A stretch of 64,000 bases of DNA from Thermoanaerobaculia bacterium (GTDB lineage Bacteria > Acidobacteriota > Thermoanaerobaculia > Multivoradales > JAGPDF01): the NCBI GenBank assembly GCA_963719555.1, contig CAVRCL010000005.1, forward strand, positions 332,969-396,968, given 5' to 3'. The notes under the pieces were generated by a model. The model made no database searches, was not told the origin of the DNA, and saw nothing but the letters and a program-made list of their open reading frames with translations. The translations under genes and the position numbers were made by a program. Shown in pieces: positions 43,567-55,052 of the stretch; within the stretch, counting starts at the first letter, position 1, and every line of letters begins with the position of its first letter.

Positions 43567-46055
43567 AGCGCCCGGACCCCGCTCGATTCGCCGCGGCGCG
43601 AGCCCGCTTCGAGGAGATCGCGGAGCTCGATGCCGGGCCGCGCGCTGCGGCGCTCGCCGCGCTCGCGGCGAGCGATCCGGACCTCGCCGCGGCGGTGTCG
43701 GAGCTGCTCGCGGCAGACGCCGCGGCGGGCGAGGAGTTCCTCGCCGGCGGCGCGGCGGCGCTCGATCCGCAACTCGTCGGCGAGGCTCTCGCTTCTGCGG
43801 AGCCCCGCGGTGGCGCCGCGACGGGCGATCGCATCGGCCCCTACCGGCTGCGTGGACTCCTTGGCCGGGGGGGAATGGGCGAGGTCTGGGAGGCCGAGCG
43901 CGCCGACGGCCAGTTCGAGCAGATCGTCGCCCTGAAGCTGGTCAAGCGCGGCATGGACTCCGAAGAGGTGCTGCGGCGGTTCCTGCGCGAGCGCCAGATC
44001 CTGGCGCGGCTCGAGCATCCCAACATCGCGCGGCTGCTCGACGGCGGACTGGCTCCGGACGGCCGGCCCTATCTCGTGCTCGAGCGGGTCGCCGGCGAAC
44101 CGATCGTCGAATGGTGCCGGAAGGAGCGCGCCGATCTCGCCACGCGGCTGCGCCTCGTGATCGCCGTCGCCGAAGCGGTCGACCTCGCGCATCGCAACCT
44201 GGTGGTGCATCGCGACCTCAAGCCCTCGAACCTGCTCGTCGACGCCTCGGGAACGGTCAAGCTGCTCGACTTCGGGATCGCGAAGATCCTCGCTTCGGAC
44301 CATGAGGGTGGCGAGTCGACGCGCCTCGAAGACCGCGCGCTGACGCCGGCCTATGCCGCGCCGGAGCAGATCCTCGGCCGGCCGGCGACGACCTCGACCG
44401 ACGTCTACTCGCTGGCCGTCGTGCTCTACGAATTGCTCACCGGCCGGCTGCCGCACGAGCGTTCGACGACCTCGCACCACGGGCTGGCGCAGGAGGTCGA
44501 GCGCGAGACCCTCACGCGCCCGAGCCGGGTGGTCGCCGAGGCCGGGGACGCGCGCGCCGCGCGCGCCCTGGCCGGCGATCTCGACACGATCGTAGTGAAG
44601 GCCCTGGCGCGCGAACCAGAGCGCCGCTACGGCTCGATCTCCGCCTTCGCTGACGACCTGCGGCGCTATCTCGAGGGGCGGCCGGTGCGGGCGCGGCCCG
44701 ACAGCGGCCTCTATCGGGCGAGGAAGTTTGTCGCCCGCCACCGTCTGGCGGTCGTCGCGGCGGCGCTCGTCATCGCGGCGCTCGTCGCCGGCCTGTCGAT
44801 CGCGCTCTGGCAGGCCCGGCGCGCCGAGCGGGCGGCCAAGGTGGCGCAGGCCCAGGCATCGCGGGCCGAGCAGGTGCGCGCCTTCCTGGTGTCGATCTTC
44901 GAGGCCGCGGACCCGGCGCGCGCCCGCGGCGAGACCGTCGAAGCGCGGACGCTCCTCGACGAAGGCGCCCGGCGGATCGACGCCGAGCTCGCCAAAGAGC
45001 CCGAGCTCCACGCCGAGCTCCTCGAGCTCCTGGCCGGCCTCTACCGCAAGCTGGGCGAGCTCGAGCGGGCGAAGAGTCTCGCCGAGCGCGCCTTCACGGA
45101 GCATCGCCGGCTGTTCGGCGACGAGTCGATCCAGACGGCGCGCTGCGAGTGGACGCTCGGCTGGGTGCTCGCGAACCAGGGCGATTTCGCGCCGGCGCGC
45201 GAGCGGCTGGAGCATGCGATCGCGGTCCTCGACCGCGAGGAGGGCCCGCAGAGCCTCACCGCCGCCGACGCCCGCGAGCCGCTGATGGAGCTGCTGTTCG
45301 GAGCTGAAGGGCCGCAGGGGGCACTGCCGATCGTCGAGCGCCGCCTGGCGACCTATCGCGCCGTGCTTGGCGAACAGGACGTTCGGACCGCACTTTCGCT
45401 CTCCGACTTCGGCGTGGTGGCGAACGAGCTCGGGCGCTTCGCCGAAGCGGAGAAAGCCTACCGGGCGAGCGCCGCGACGCTGGACGCGCTGCTGCTGCCG
45501 GGCGATCCGCGTGTCGCCTATCCGCACAGCAACCTCTCCGGGCTGCTGCGCCAGAGCGGTCGCCTGCCTGAGGCCGAGATCGAGGCGCGCAAGGCGCTCG
45601 CCATCCGGCGGAAGGCTCTCGGCGAGCGCCATCAGGAGACCGCGTCGACTTTAGGCCAGCTGACCCGGATCCTGCTCGAGCTCGGACGGCTCCCGGAAGC
45701 CGAGGCGGCGGCGCGCGAAGCGCTGGCGATCAGCGACGGGCGCGACCGGTTCATCGCTGCGCAATCGCGCGCCCTGCTGGGCTCCGTCCTTCTCAAGCAG
45801 GGTCGGGCCGCCGAGGCGCTTGAGATTTTCGAGCAGTGCGTCGCCGGGCATGCGGCACTGCTGCCGCCAGATCACATCCTCAACTACTCAGTGCAGCTCA
45901 ATCGCGCCCGTGCCCTCGAGGCGGTCGGCCGCACGGCCGAGGCGAGCGCCGAAGTTCGTCGCCTCCTGCCGCTGCTGCGCGCCAAAGGGAGCGAAGCCAC
46001 CGGGCCGCTCGAAGCGGCGCAGCAGCTCGCGGAGCGGCTCGGCGTCTCCGGCTGA
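43563..46055 (+). CDS. Ser/Thr protein kinase with one TM segment and a TPR-like C-terminal region (paralog 2)
   Basis: Same architecture as paralog 1: VKRPDPARFAAARARFEEIAELD...LLAADAAAGEEFL, GRGGMGEVWEA, HRDLKPSNLLVD, DFGIAK. GTGA overlap with the kinase 1 stop. The 1289-aa ORF-track extension is rejected. Confidence 0.9.
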   Translation: MKRPDPARFAAARARFEEIAELDAGPRAAALAALAASDPDLAAAVSELLAADAAAGEEFLAGGAAALDPQLVGEALASAEPRGGAATGDRIGPYRLRGLLGRGGMGEVWEAERADGQFEQIVALKLVKRGMDSEEVLRRFLRERQILARLEHPNIARLLDGGLAPDGRPYLVLERVAGEPIVEWCRKERADLATRLRLVIAVAEAVDLAHRNLVVHRDLKPSNLLVDASGTVKLLDFGIAKILASDHEGGESTRLEDRALTPAYAAPEQILGRPATTSTDVYSLAVVLYELLTGRLPHERSTTSHHGLAQEVERETLTRPSRVVAEAGDARAARALAGDLDTIVVKALAREPERRYGSISAFADDLRRYLEGRPVRARPDSGLYRARKFVARHRLAVVAAALVIAALVAGLSIALWQARRAERAAKVAQAQASRAEQVRAFLVSIFEAADPARARGETVEARTLLDEGARRIDAELAKEPELHAELLELLAGLYRKLGELERAKSLAERAFTEHRRLFGDESIQTARCEWTLGWVLANQGDFAPARERLEHAIAVLDREEGPQSLTAADAREPLMELLFGAEGPQGALPIVERRLATYRAVLGEQDVRTALSLSDFGVVANELGRFAEAEKAYRASAATLDALLLPGDPRVAYPHSNLSGLLRQSGRLPEAEIEARKALAIRRKALGERHQETASTLGQLTRILLELGRLPEAEAAAREALAISDGRDRFIAAQSRALLGSVLLKQGRAAEALEIFEQCVAGHAALLPPDHILNYSVQLNRARALEAVGRTAEASAEVRRLLPLLRAKGSEATGPLEAAQQLAERLGVSG

Positions 46056-46171
46056 CGGGCGAGGCCGCCGGCCGGCCCGGCCTCGACCGACCCTGGACAA
46101 CGTTGCGCTGGCTCGGGTCCCGCTTCGCGCCGGCGCCTGTCGTAGAGTCGGAGGTCCGGCTTCCCGGTCCG

Positions 46172-47986
46172 ATGGCGCTCTCCAACCTTCAGCTCAACCC
46201 CCAGTTCGTGCAGGCGGTGCGCGAAGCGGTCGACATTCTCGAGATCGCCGGCGCGCACGCCAAGCTCCAGCGTGTCGGCCGCAAGTGGAAGGCGCTTTGT
46301 CCCTTCCACAAGGAGAAGACCCCGTCGTTCCAGCTCGACCCCGACCAGGGGCTCTACTACTGCTTCGGCTGCGGCAAGGGCGGCGACGCGATCAAGCTCC
46401 ACATGGAGCTCACCGGGGACGATTTTCCGGCCGCCATGGAGGCGCTCGCGCGCCGCTTCGGCGTGCCGATTCCCGCGCCGGCGCCGCGCCGTGCCGGCGG
46501 CGGAGGAAAGTCCGACGCCCCGCGCGACCTCGAGGCGGTCCTCGAGGCGGCAGCCGAGTTCTTCACCGCCGCGCTCGCCCAAGCCCCGGCCGCCCGGCGC
46601 TACCTCGAGGAGCGCAGGATCCCGAACGAGCTTGCAGCGCGCTACCGCCTCGGTTTCGCCCCCGACGGCTGGCGGAACCTCACCGCCGCGCTCCATCCCC
46701 GGATCGCCATGGCCGACCTGCTCGATGCCGGCCTGGTGGCGCGTCCGGAGGGGGGTGGGGAGCCCTACGACCGCTTCCGCAACCGGCTGATCTTCCCGAT
46801 CAAGAACGGTACCGGCCGCCTGGTGGGCTTCGGCGGACGGACGCTGGGCGACGACAAGGCGAAGTACGTCAACACCGCCGAGACCGACCGCTTTCACAAG
46901 GGCTCGATCCTCTTCGGGCTCGACAGCGCCAAGCGGGCGATGCGCGAAAGCGGCAAGGTCTTCCTCGTCGAAGGCTATTTCGACCAGTTGGCGGCCGTCG
47001 CCAGCGGCATCGAGGCCGCCGTCGCCAGCATGGGCACCGCGCTCACCCCGGAGCAGGCCAAGCTCCTGGCCCGCCATGCCGAAGAGGTCGTCGTCGGCTA
47101 CGACGGCGATGCGGCGGGTGAAGCTGCCGCCCGGCGCGCCCTGCCGATCCTCCTCGCCGAGGGACTGGCGGTGCGCCGGGCGCGTTTTGCCGAGGGCGAG
47201 GATCCCGATTCGCTGCGCCTCGCCAGGGGGGAGAGTGCCCTCGCCGAGGCGGTCGCCGGAGCGGAAGACCTGATCCTGCTCGAGCTCGACCGCCTGGTGC
47301 CCGCCGACGCCCACCGCAACCCGCACGTGCGGGCGAAGGCCGCCAAGGAGGTCATGGTGCTCCTCGCGCCGGTCAAGGACACGGTGCTGCGCTACAGCTA
47401 CGGCCGGATCGCCGCCGAGCGTCTGGGGCTCCCGGCCCACCTGCTTCTCCAGCGGCTCGGCGTCGGTCCCAAGCCGCTCGCCGAGGCCTTTTCCTCCTCG
47501 CCGGCGCCGTCCGCGGCTGGCGGGGCGTCGCCGGGCCGCGGGGCGGAAGAGGCTCTGCTGCGCTGTCTGCTGTGGATCGGCGATGCCCAGCGCCCGGCGC
47601 CCGGCCTCGAGGCCCTGCCGCCCGAGCTCGCGTTCGAGGATCCGCAGCTGCGGAATATCTACGCCCTTTTTCTTGCTCTCTACCGTGAATCGGGGAAGTT
47701 GCCCGGAACGGCGGATCTGCGCCAGCGGCTGTCCGACGGAGACGGCATAAGTGACAGGGCTTCAATGCTTTTGCTAGAATCGGCCGATTCGGTTGGCGAG
47801 CCCGCTCCCGAAATGCACCTCAAGGGGCTGTGGGAGCGCTGGCTCGACAGTCAGCGTGCCGATCTGAATCGCGAGTTGCGGCGGATCGAAATCTCCGGTG
47901 ACCAGCACAGGATAGAAGAGATCCTCAAAGAGTTGGAGGCGCTCAAGCGGAGGCGGTACTCCGCTGCGCCCTTTTCTGCCGAGTAG
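46172..47986 (+). CDS. dnaG: DNA primase
   Basis: ATG at 46172. Zinc-finger region [38 protein letters not shown], then TOPRIM region VFLVEGYFD...VGYDGDAAG. Confidence 0.92.
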   Translation: MALSNLQLNPQFVQAVREAVDILEIAGAHAKLQRVGRKWKALCPFHKEKTPSFQLDPDQGLYYCFGCGKGGDAIKLHMELTGDDFPAAMEALARRFGVPIPAPAPRRAGGGGKSDAPRDLEAVLEAAAEFFTAALAQAPAARRYLEERRIPNELAARYRLGFAPDGWRNLTAALHPRIAMADLLDAGLVARPEGGGEPYDRFRNRLIFPIKNGTGRLVGFGGRTLGDDKAKYVNTAETDRFHKGSILFGLDSAKRAMRESGKVFLVEGYFDQLAAVASGIEAAVASMGTALTPEQAKLLARHAEEVVVGYDGDAAGEAAARRALPILLAEGLAVRRARFAEGEDPDSLRLARGESALAEAVAGAEDLILLELDRLVPADAHRNPHVRAKAAKEVMVLLAPVKDTVLRYSYGRIAAERLGLPAHLLLQRLGVGPKPLAEAFSSSPAPSAAGGASPGRGAEEALLRCLLWIGDAQRPAPGLEALPPELAFEDPQLRNIYALFLALYRESGKLPGTADLRQRLSDGDGISDRASMLLLESADSVGEPAPEMHLKGLWERWLDSQRADLNRELRRIEISGDQHRIEEILKELEALKRRRYSAAPFSAE

Positions 47987-48017
47987 CGCGAGCGACGAGC
48001 TCGGCGCCGTTTTTTTT
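47986..48017 (+). terminator. Terminator-like hairpin plus T8 run between dnaG and rpoD
   Basis: gcgcgagc-gacga-gctcggcgc (one bulge) followed by cgtttttttt (T-run 48010-48017). Confidence 0.5.
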
Positions 48018-48041
48018 GAAGAGCGTTTCGAGGGCCCCCGC

Positions 48042-49757
<1,716 letters not shown>

Positions 49758-49766
49758 GTGACTTGC

Positions 49767-49846
49767 GGGGACACGACCTGGATCGTGTCCCCCGACCGCC
49801 GGCACGATCTTGATCGTGTCCCCGTCGTGCGTTACGATCCCTTTTT
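49767..49846 (+). terminator. Two related hairpins and a short T-run downstream of rpoD
   Basis: Perfect 10-bp stem ggggacacga/tcgtgtcccc (49767-49792). Second imperfect hairpin at 49801-49821. gatcgtgtcccc is repeated at 49781 and 49812. ttttt at 49842-49846. Confidence 0.4.
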
Positions 49847-49874
49847 CGCGCCCGCCGGGTGCGGACCGCAACAT

Positions 49875-49949
49875 TCCTGGGTAGCTCAGTGGTAGAGCGA
49901 TCGGCTGTTAACCGATTGGTCGGGGGTTCAAGTCCCTCCCCAGGAGCCA
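49875..49949 (+). tRNA. tRNA-Asn (GTT)
   Basis: TCCTGGGTAGCTCAGTGGTAGAGCGATCGGCTGTTAACCGATTGGTCGGGGGTTCAAGTCCCTCCCCAGGAGCCA. Acceptor TCCTGGG/CCCAGGA, anticodon loop CTGTTAA, CCA encoded. Confidence 0.93.
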
Positions 49950-50419
49950 TTTTCCCCTCCGTGTCGCCAGGCGCACCTCGTGCGCGAGTTCCGCCATCTG
50001 CTCGGACGGCCGCCCTCCGCCTTCGCCCGCCAGTTCGCCCGCATCGCGCATCGCGACCTGCAGCGCACGTAAGTTCTCCTGCTGCCTTGCTCGGGGTCCT
50101 GTCTGGTCCGTATCCCATGGGGTCCTCGCGCTGAAGAAGCGCGCTCCGGGCCCCATGGGAGCCCTCGGCCCAGCCACCCCTCGTCGGGAGATCTGAGAGA
50201 AAAGCTCGTGGGCTCGCCCACGCGGTCGGTATCCGGCGATTGGGCTCCGAGCAGCGCAGAGCCCGAGGAGGGAGGAGAGCGACCCCCGAGGGGCGAGCAG
50301 CGCAGGAGCCCGATCGCCACTACCACCACCGTCAGCGGGCGAGCCTGCGGACTGGCCGATTCGTTCAAGACATAAGCGGGAACAGCGACTAGAGTCTGGC
50401 CAACTCAAGGAGAACTGCC

Positions 50420-51041
50420 ATGTCCACGCCTCGCGCGGCTCGCCTTTCCGCCCTCGTCGCCCTCGCCACCCTGGCTGCGGGCGCCCCGCTTCGCGCTCAA
50501 GCGCCCGCCAGCACGCCGCCGTCCGCTCCCGCCGCGACGGCTCAGCCCGGACGTCCGCCCGCACCAGATGCCGCGAAACTGCGCGAGGCGATGAAGCCGT
50601 TCCTGCCGGCGGTGGGAAACTGGCGCGGCGAGGGCTGGATGCAGATGGGCCCCGGGGAGCCGCAGCGCACCGCGAGCGAGGAGAAAGTCGAATCCCGGCT
50701 CGAGGGCCTCGTGCTGGTCATCGAAGGACTCCACCACTCGAAGAGCGCCGACGGCACCGCCGGCAGCGTCGTGCATCACGCGTCTGGCGACCATCTCCGC
50801 GGATCCGGCCGGCGGTCACCGCCTCGAGACCTACCTCGCCGACGGGCGCGCCGCCGAGGCGCGCGGCCAGTGGGAGAACGGCAAGTTCGTCTGGAGTCCG
50901 CCCGCCCCTCCCGGAAGGCAGATCCGCTACGTCGTCGACTGGACCGTCGCCGACCGCTGGTACGAGATCGGCGAGATGTCGACCGACGGCAAGACCTGGA
51001 CGAAATTCCTCGAGTTCGACCTCAAGCGCGCCGCCCCGTAG
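50420..51041 (+). CDS. Secreted DUF1579-like protein, with one frameshift near 50783
   Basis: Signal peptide MSTPRAARLSALVALATLAAGAPLRAQA. VGNWRGEGWMQMGPGEP...LVLVIEGLHH is in frame 2. LATISADPAGGHRLETYLADGRAAEARGQWENGKFVW...WYEIGEMSTDGKTWTKFLEFDLKRAAP is in frame 0, ending at TAG 51039-51041. Confidence 0.5.
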
Positions 51042-51123
51042 TCCGGAATCGCCGGCAGCGGCCGAGGGGAGCCGGGCCTGTGCCTCGGGGGGTGCGGCAC
51101 AGACTCTGCAGGCATCTGAGGGC

Positions 51124-52155
51124 ATGACGATCCGAACCCGGGAGATGGGCAGGGCGCGGGTCCTCGGTCTTTGCGGCCTCGCGCTCGCAGCGTGCGTCCT
51201 GGGCCAGGAGTCCCCCGAGCCGCAGCAGTTCGGTGAGCGGATCGACGTGCGCACCGGCTTCGTGCGGGTGACGCTTCCGGGCGGCGCCTCCGCGCCGCGG
51301 GCCGAGGAGCTCGAGGTTCTCTGGAAGCGCCAGCCTCAAAGCGTTCTGCGGGTGGTCGGTGGCGCCGCCGATCCGCTCGAGGTCGGCATCGCGGTCGACC
51401 GTTCGGCTAGCATGCACGCCGCGTTCGAGCCGATGCGCCATGCGGCCCTGGAGCTCGTAGAGCGGGGCTTCTCGGAGCACGATCGTCTCTTCGTGGTCGC
51501 TTTCACGCAAGAGGCCCGCCTGCTCGCCGAAGGGCGCGGCGCCGCGCTGCGCGTGCTCACTGCCTTGCCGACGAGCCCGGAGCTCGCGAGTCGCCCGACG
51601 GCACTCTTCGAGTCCCTGACGCGCACACTCCAGCTCTTCGAGAACGCCGAGGAGCGCGCGGCGCTCATCGTCGTCTCCGACGGCTGCGACACCGCGGGCG
51701 GGATCTCGAGCGCGACGTCGGTGGCGCGACGGGCGCGCGATCTCGCCATTCCGGTCTTCCTGCTCATGCCCAACCGGAGCGACTGCCGGAACACCGTCTG
51801 CACGCTCGACGCCGCCGGCAAGTGGACCTGCTCGCCCGCCGAAGCGCCCAGGCTGGAACGCCAACTCTCCAGCGAAGGTTCAACGGTGAGCGTCCGGTCG
51901 ATGTCCATCGCGGAAAGTACGGCCGCCTCCCCTTCGACCGAAGAGCGCCTCCGCTTCTCCGCCTTGATCGGCAGAGCCGGTGGCGGTCATTTCTTCGTCG
52001 ACGATCCCGACGATTGGCAGCGCGCCCTGAGCCGGATTTTCGAACAGCTGGGCAGGCAGTGGACGGTCGTCTACGAACCGACCTCGGACGACGTGAAGAG
52101 CGAGGAGATCCGGGTCTACCGGCGGGCGAATGGTCGCCGCCAGCGACTGCGCTGA
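51124..52155 (+). CDS. VWA-domain protein of the 'VWFA-related acidobacterial' type
   Basis: Signal or lipoprotein-like N-terminus (GLCGLALAACVLGQ). MIDAS-like IAVDRSASM, LIVVSDGCDT, IPVFLL. C-terminal YRRANGRRQRL. Confidence 0.75.
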   Translation: MTIRTREMGRARVLGLCGLALAACVLGQESPEPQQFGERIDVRTGFVRVTLPGGASAPRAEELEVLWKRQPQSVLRVVGGAADPLEVGIAVDRSASMHAAFEPMRHAALELVERGFSEHDRLFVVAFTQEARLLAEGRGAALRVLTALPTSPELASRPTALFESLTRTLQLFENAEERAALIVVSDGCDTAGGISSATSVARRARDLAIPVFLLMPNRSDCRNTVCTLDAAGKWTCSPAEAPRLERQLSSEGSTVSVRSMSIAESTAASPSTEERLRFSALIGRAGGGHFFVDDPDDWQRALSRIFEQLGRQWTVVYEPTSDDVKSEEIRVYRRANGRRQRLR

Positions 52156-52191
52156 GCGGCGGCGCTCGCGGGACCCACCCAGCTCTTGCCC

Positions 52192-53051
52192 TCAGTGCCT
52201 GGCGGAGAGGGTGATCCCAGGTCCCAGCACGGCAATGAAGAGAAGCGCCGTGAGCGCACCGGCGACCAGCCAGGGCCAGCTCCTGGCGATACCTTCGGCG
52301 GGCGCAGCGCCCGGCGGGTAGCGCTCGCGGTTGCGCAGCAGTTGGGCCATCCAGGCGAGCGCCGAGGCGCCACCGAACGAGGCGGCGGCAGCCGAGATCA
52401 GCACCAGCATGGGGCTCTCGGGGTTGAGCAGGCCCGCCGCGACGTAAAGGACCCCGCCGGCGATGTACGGCAAGACCGTGAGGCGCACGGCGCGCGCCAG
52501 CCGCCCCGGCCGGTCTCAGGGTGTCCGGCGTCGAGGAAGGGCCCGAGGCCGCGCAGTGCGATCGGCACCGCGATGAACCAGTAGGCGGCAGTGCCGACGA
52601 CGGCGAGGGCGACGCGCCAGAGAGCATAGTGCGGCCAGCCCGCGACGACCGCGTTCCAATCTCCGATGCCGCCGAGCCCCGAGAACATCCAGTAGCCGAA
52701 CGCCTGCAGGAGGTTCAAGGTCAGGAAGAGCCAGAGGAAGTAGCGGCCGGTCGCGGCGCGCACGCGGCGCGCCGCAGAAGCAGCGCCGTGAGGGCGGCGA
52801 AGGCGAGATTCGTGAGGGTGCCGCCGGCCGAGATCCACCGGCTGCCGGCAGCGCGTGACGCCGCCGCGGCCGCAATCGAAGTAGACCGCGTTCAGGACGC
52901 GCGGTTCCCCGCCCAGGGCGACGCACATGCCGCCGTGCCCGAGGCCCTCGTGCGCGACATTCGTCAGCGCATAGGCGACGAGCGCGATGGCGATCACGGT
53001 CGGCAGATGCAGCGCGGCGTAAGTCGGCCTTGCAGTGGTGTTCTCGGGCAT
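52192..53051 (-). pseudogene. Polytopic membrane protein with an HExxH motif (putative intramembrane metalloprotease), with at least 3 frame changes
   Basis: ATG 53051 with ggagag SD. MPENTTARPTYAALHLPTVIAIALVAYALTNVAHEGLGHGGM. Sensible hydrophobic text switches frame near 52855, 52790 and 52500 (SRWISAGGTLTNLAFAALTALLL / YFLWLFLTLNLLQAFGYWMFSG / LTVLPYIAGGVLYVAAGLL). Length 860 nt is not a multiple of 3. Confidence 0.45.
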
Positions 53052-53192
53052 CGATCTCTCCGGTCGGGCTGCCGCCAGTCTATGCGCCGCACGGCGCACC
53101 CGGGAGGGGACACATAGCGGCTTCAAGAGTCGCTGGGCGGCGCCACACGCCAGCGGCCGCAATATGTCCCCCAGCTTTCTTTGGCAGGTCTA

Positions 53193-53227
53193 TTGACATT
53201 CGTGACCATATGCATGATTATGCGCAT
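53193..53227 (+). promoter_or_regulatory. Promoter candidate overlapped by an ARG-box-like imperfect palindrome upstream of argR
   Basis: TTGACA (53193-53198), 17-nt spacer, GATTAT (53216-53221). The AT-rich imperfect palindrome atgcatgattatgcgcat spans about 53210-53227, which is unusual in 70 % GC DNA. Confidence 0.35.
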
Positions 53228-53242
53228 CTTCTGTTAAACGAG

Positions 53243-53728
53243 ATGCCGACCGATATCGAACAGAGAGACCGCCGCCGCCAGGCCATCGTGGACCTGGTGC
53301 GCCGATCGCGCATCGCGAGCCAGGAGGAGCTGCGCGAGAAGCTCGCGGCGCGCGGCTTCGAGGCGACGCAGCCGTCGGTGTCGCGCGACCTGCGGGATCT
53401 GGGCGTCGGCAAGGCCGGCGGACGCTATGTCCTCGCCGACGAGCTCGGCCCGGAGACCCGCGACGCGCTCGGCGAGGTGGTCCACTTCGTGCGCGACGTG
53501 CGGCCGGCCGGGCCCTATCTCGCGGTGATCTCGACCACCGTCGGCGCGGCGCAGACGGTGGCGATCGCGCTCGACCATGCGGGCTTCCCGGAGCTCGCGG
53601 GCACCGTTGCCGGCGACGACACGATCTTCGCCGCGACGGCCTCGGCGGCGCTCCAGCGCCGCCTCCTCGAGCGCCTGCGCCACCTGCTTTCCGAAGTCTC
53701 CGGCCCAGCCCGGCGACGTACGGCCTGA
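53243..53728 (+). CDS. argR: Arginine repressor
   Basis: RRQAIVDLVRRSRIASQEELREKLAARGFEATQPSVSRDLRDLGVGK (winged helix). C-terminal GTVAGDDTIFA. Confidence 0.88.
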   Translation: MPTDIEQRDRRRQAIVDLVRRSRIASQEELREKLAARGFEATQPSVSRDLRDLGVGKAGGRYVLADELGPETRDALGEVVHFVRDVRPAGPYLAVISTTVGAAQTVAIALDHAGFPELAGTVAGDDTIFAATASAALQRRLLERLRHLLSEVSGPARRRTA

Positions 53729-53789
53729 TTCCAGGCCGAGTTCCCGAAACTCACTGGCACTCATTAGGAAACAGCGGAGAAACGTGACG

Positions 53790-55052
53790 ATGAAGCCCAT
53801 TGTGTTGGCATTTTCCGGCGGCCTGGATACCAGCTGGGCGATTCCCTACCTCGCCGGGACGACCGGGCGGCCGGTGGCCACCGTCACCGTCGACACCGGC
53901 GGCTTCGACGCCGCGGCGCGGGCGGATCTGGCGGCGCGCGCCGCGGCGTTGGGGGCCGTCCACCACCGCATGCTCGACGCCCGCGCCGAGTACTTCGAGC
54001 GCGTGCTGCGCTTCCTCGTCTTCGGCAACGTCCGCCGCGGCGGCACCTATCCACTCTCGGTCGGCGCCGAACGCAGCATCCAGGCGCGCGGCGTGGCGAT
54101 CGCGGCGCGCGAGCTCGGAAGCGCCACCGTGGCCCACGGTTCGACCGCGGCAGGCAACGACCAGGTGCGCTTCGAGGTCGCGCTGCGCACGCTCGAGCCG
54201 GAGTTCGAGATCCTCGCCCCGGTCCGCGACTCGCTGGTCTCGCGCGCGGCGCAAGTCGCCTTTCTCGAGGAGCGCGGGCTCCCGGTGCCGGCGCACGGCG
54301 CGGCCTATTCGGTCAATCGCGGCCTCTGGGGCACGACGATCGGCGGCAGCGAGACCAAGTCGAGCGGTTTGCCGCTGCCCGAGGCCGCCTGGGTGGCAAC
54401 GCGCGGCGCCTTCGACTCCCCGCTGCCGCCGGCGCGCCACCGTCTGACTTTCGAGCAGGGCGTGCCGGTCGCCTTCGACGGCGTAGCGCTCTCTCCGGTC
54501 GCCCTCATCGAGCGTGTCGAAGCCGCGGCCGCTGCGTTCGGCATCGGGCGCGGCATCCACCTGGGCGAGACGATCCTCGGCATCAAGGGGCGGGTCGCCT
54601 TCGAAGCGCCCGCGGCGGAGGTCCTCCTCTCTGCCCACCGCGAGCTCGAGAAGCTCGTGCTCACCGGCCGCCAGCTGCGCATCAAGGAGGGGATCGCCGC
54701 CCAGTACGGCGAGCTCGTCCACGAAGGGCAGCACCTCGAGCCGGTCTGCCGCGATCTCGAAGCGTTTCTCGCCTCGTCCCAGCAGCGGGTGAGCGGCGAG
54801 GTGCACCTGCTGCTGCGTCCCGGGGCGCTCTTCGTCGAGGGAGTGGCCTCGCCGTTCTCGCTCCTCGCGGCGTCGCGCGGGGCATACGGCGAAGCGGCCG
54901 GTGAATGGACCGCCGCCGACGCGCGCGGCTTCGCGCGCCTCGCGGCGCTCCCCGGGGAGCTGCACGCCCGGGTCGGGCGGCAGGGCGCGGGTTCGAAGCA
55001 GGAACAGGAACAGGAGCAGGAGACCGTCGCAACGAAGGGAGGCCCGGCATGA
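53790..55052 (+). CDS. argG: Argininosuccinate synthase
   Basis: MKPIVLAFSGGLDTS, AHGSTAAGNDQVRFE, SVNRGLWG. Low-complexity tail KQEQEQEQE. Confidence 0.93.
   Translation: MKPIVLAFSGGLDTSWAIPYLAGTTGRPVATVTVDTGGFDAAARADLAARAAALGAVHHRMLDARAEYFERVLRFLVFGNVRRGGTYPLSVGAERSIQARGVAIAARELGSATVAHGSTAAGNDQVRFEVALRTLEPEFEILAPVRDSLVSRAAQVAFLEERGLPVPAHGAAYSVNRGLWGTTIGGSETKSSGLPLPEAAWVATRGAFDSPLPPARHRLTFEQGVPVAFDGVALSPVALIERVEAAAAAFGIGRGIHLGETILGIKGRVAFEAPAAEVLLSAHRELEKLVLTGRQLRIKEGIAAQYGELVHEGQHLEPVCRDLEAFLASSQQRVSGEVHLLLRPGALFVEGVASPFSLLAASRGAYGEAAGEWTAADARGFARLAALPGELHARVGRQGAGSKQEQEQEQETVATKGGPA

Noticed and set aside
40372-46055. Minus-strand ORFs of 844, 613 and 722 aa, and the 1289-aa plus-strand ORF 42186..46055, over the kinase genes.
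   Set aside because: These are antisense or out-of-frame shadows. The two kinase frames show complete Hanks motifs and start at identical GTGA junctions.
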